Source: Raillietiella orientalis (Eukaryota). Taken from it: 64,000 nucleotides of DNA. Positions within the stretch are counted from its first letter, which is position 1, and each line of letters starts with the position of its first letter. Position numbers and translations under genes: made by a program. The notes below the pieces were generated by a model. The model made no database searches and was not told where the DNA came from. It worked only from the letters and a program-made list of their open reading frames with translations. Shown piece after piece: positions 63,202-64,000 of the stretch. The DNA lies in NCBI GenBank assembly GCA_036172245.1, contig JAYWIR010000011.1, forward strand, positions 2,542,001 to 2,606,000. Reading direction: 5' to 3'.

Positions 63202-64000
63202 CTGGGGAGGGAGGGTCGCGGCTCGGGGACGGAAGTGCCTCGGGGAGGCGACGGAGGAGAGGCGCCAGCAGCGCGCGGGTGAAGAGCAAAGCGAAGGAAG
63301 GATGCGCCCCCTCCCCCTCTCCCCAAAGGCACCCGTTCTGCTGCAGGGGGCCGGCCAGCGAGAGAGGGCGGAAACGGGCCGTGGAACCGGGGCCTCTCAT
63401 TCACCTCCCTGCATTTACCCGGAGGGGGGGAGAAGGGAGAGCAAGGGAGAAGAAGGAGAAAGGGGGAGGAGGAGGAAGAAAGGGTAGGAGCAGAAAGGGA
63501 GAAGGAACTTCCGGCCTCGGTCAAAGCGCACCCTGTCTTCAAAACGTACTCTCGGTCCCTCTTGCGTTTTAAAACACCGCAGAGAAGGGGAAGGAGCTGA
63601 CGACTCCCCACCTTCTCTGATTTGGTGATCCTACCCCTCCTCCCTTGAGGCGGAGGGGTGAGTCTAGGGAGAGTTGAGCATGGTCCGACAGGCTCGTACG
63701 AGCCCCCCCCCCTTCCTTCAAGAGAAGAGGGAGGAGTCCGATCACGGGGTCCCGGGCGTCCCTACTTGCCCTCTTTCGAGGGCTGGGAAGGATCGGAACG
63801 CGGGGCGGTGCCGATTTTAAGAGGGGTGGGTCTCTCTCCCACTCTGCTCCGTCCTTTCCCCTTCCTCCCCTTCCCACCGCTGCAGACCGGAGCGCTACCT
63901 CAGGCTGCCCAGCTCCCCCTCGGTGGAGCTCTCGTCGCGCAGGTCCGCCTCTGAGGGAATGCTCTCTTGTCGTCCCCCTTCCTCCCCATACCGCCCCTGC

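Noticed and set aside
62037..63611. 524-aa minus-strand ORF as a single gene
   Set aside because: It reads through GC-rich introns; only two segments are real exons of the BTB-BACK-TLDc gene.

Overview
Metazoan (arthropod-like invertebrate) genomic DNA with three compositional blocks. The GC/CpG-rich left block (1-~11 kb) is almost entirely decayed, nested L1/Tx1-type non-LTR retrotransposons. The AT-rich, CpG-depleted core (~14.8-32.2 kb) holds a C2H2 zinc-finger gene and Nup153, both with very short introns. The GC-rich right block holds more nested LINE relics, a tRNA-Val(AAC), a chaoptin/artichoke-type LRR gene and a BTB-BACK-TLDc gene. The most striking structure is the LINE family. Eight copies end without a poly(A) tail, in an AATAAA-like hexamer followed by a pentaloop hairpin whose pairing is conserved across divergent copies. 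Copies insert into one another with 14-15 bp target-site duplications, three are followed by AACCAG at the same offset, and several join the endonuclease directly to the C-terminal domain with no reverse transcriptase. All calls are from manual reading; no searches or folding programs were run, and element boundaries are approximate unless a TSD is given.
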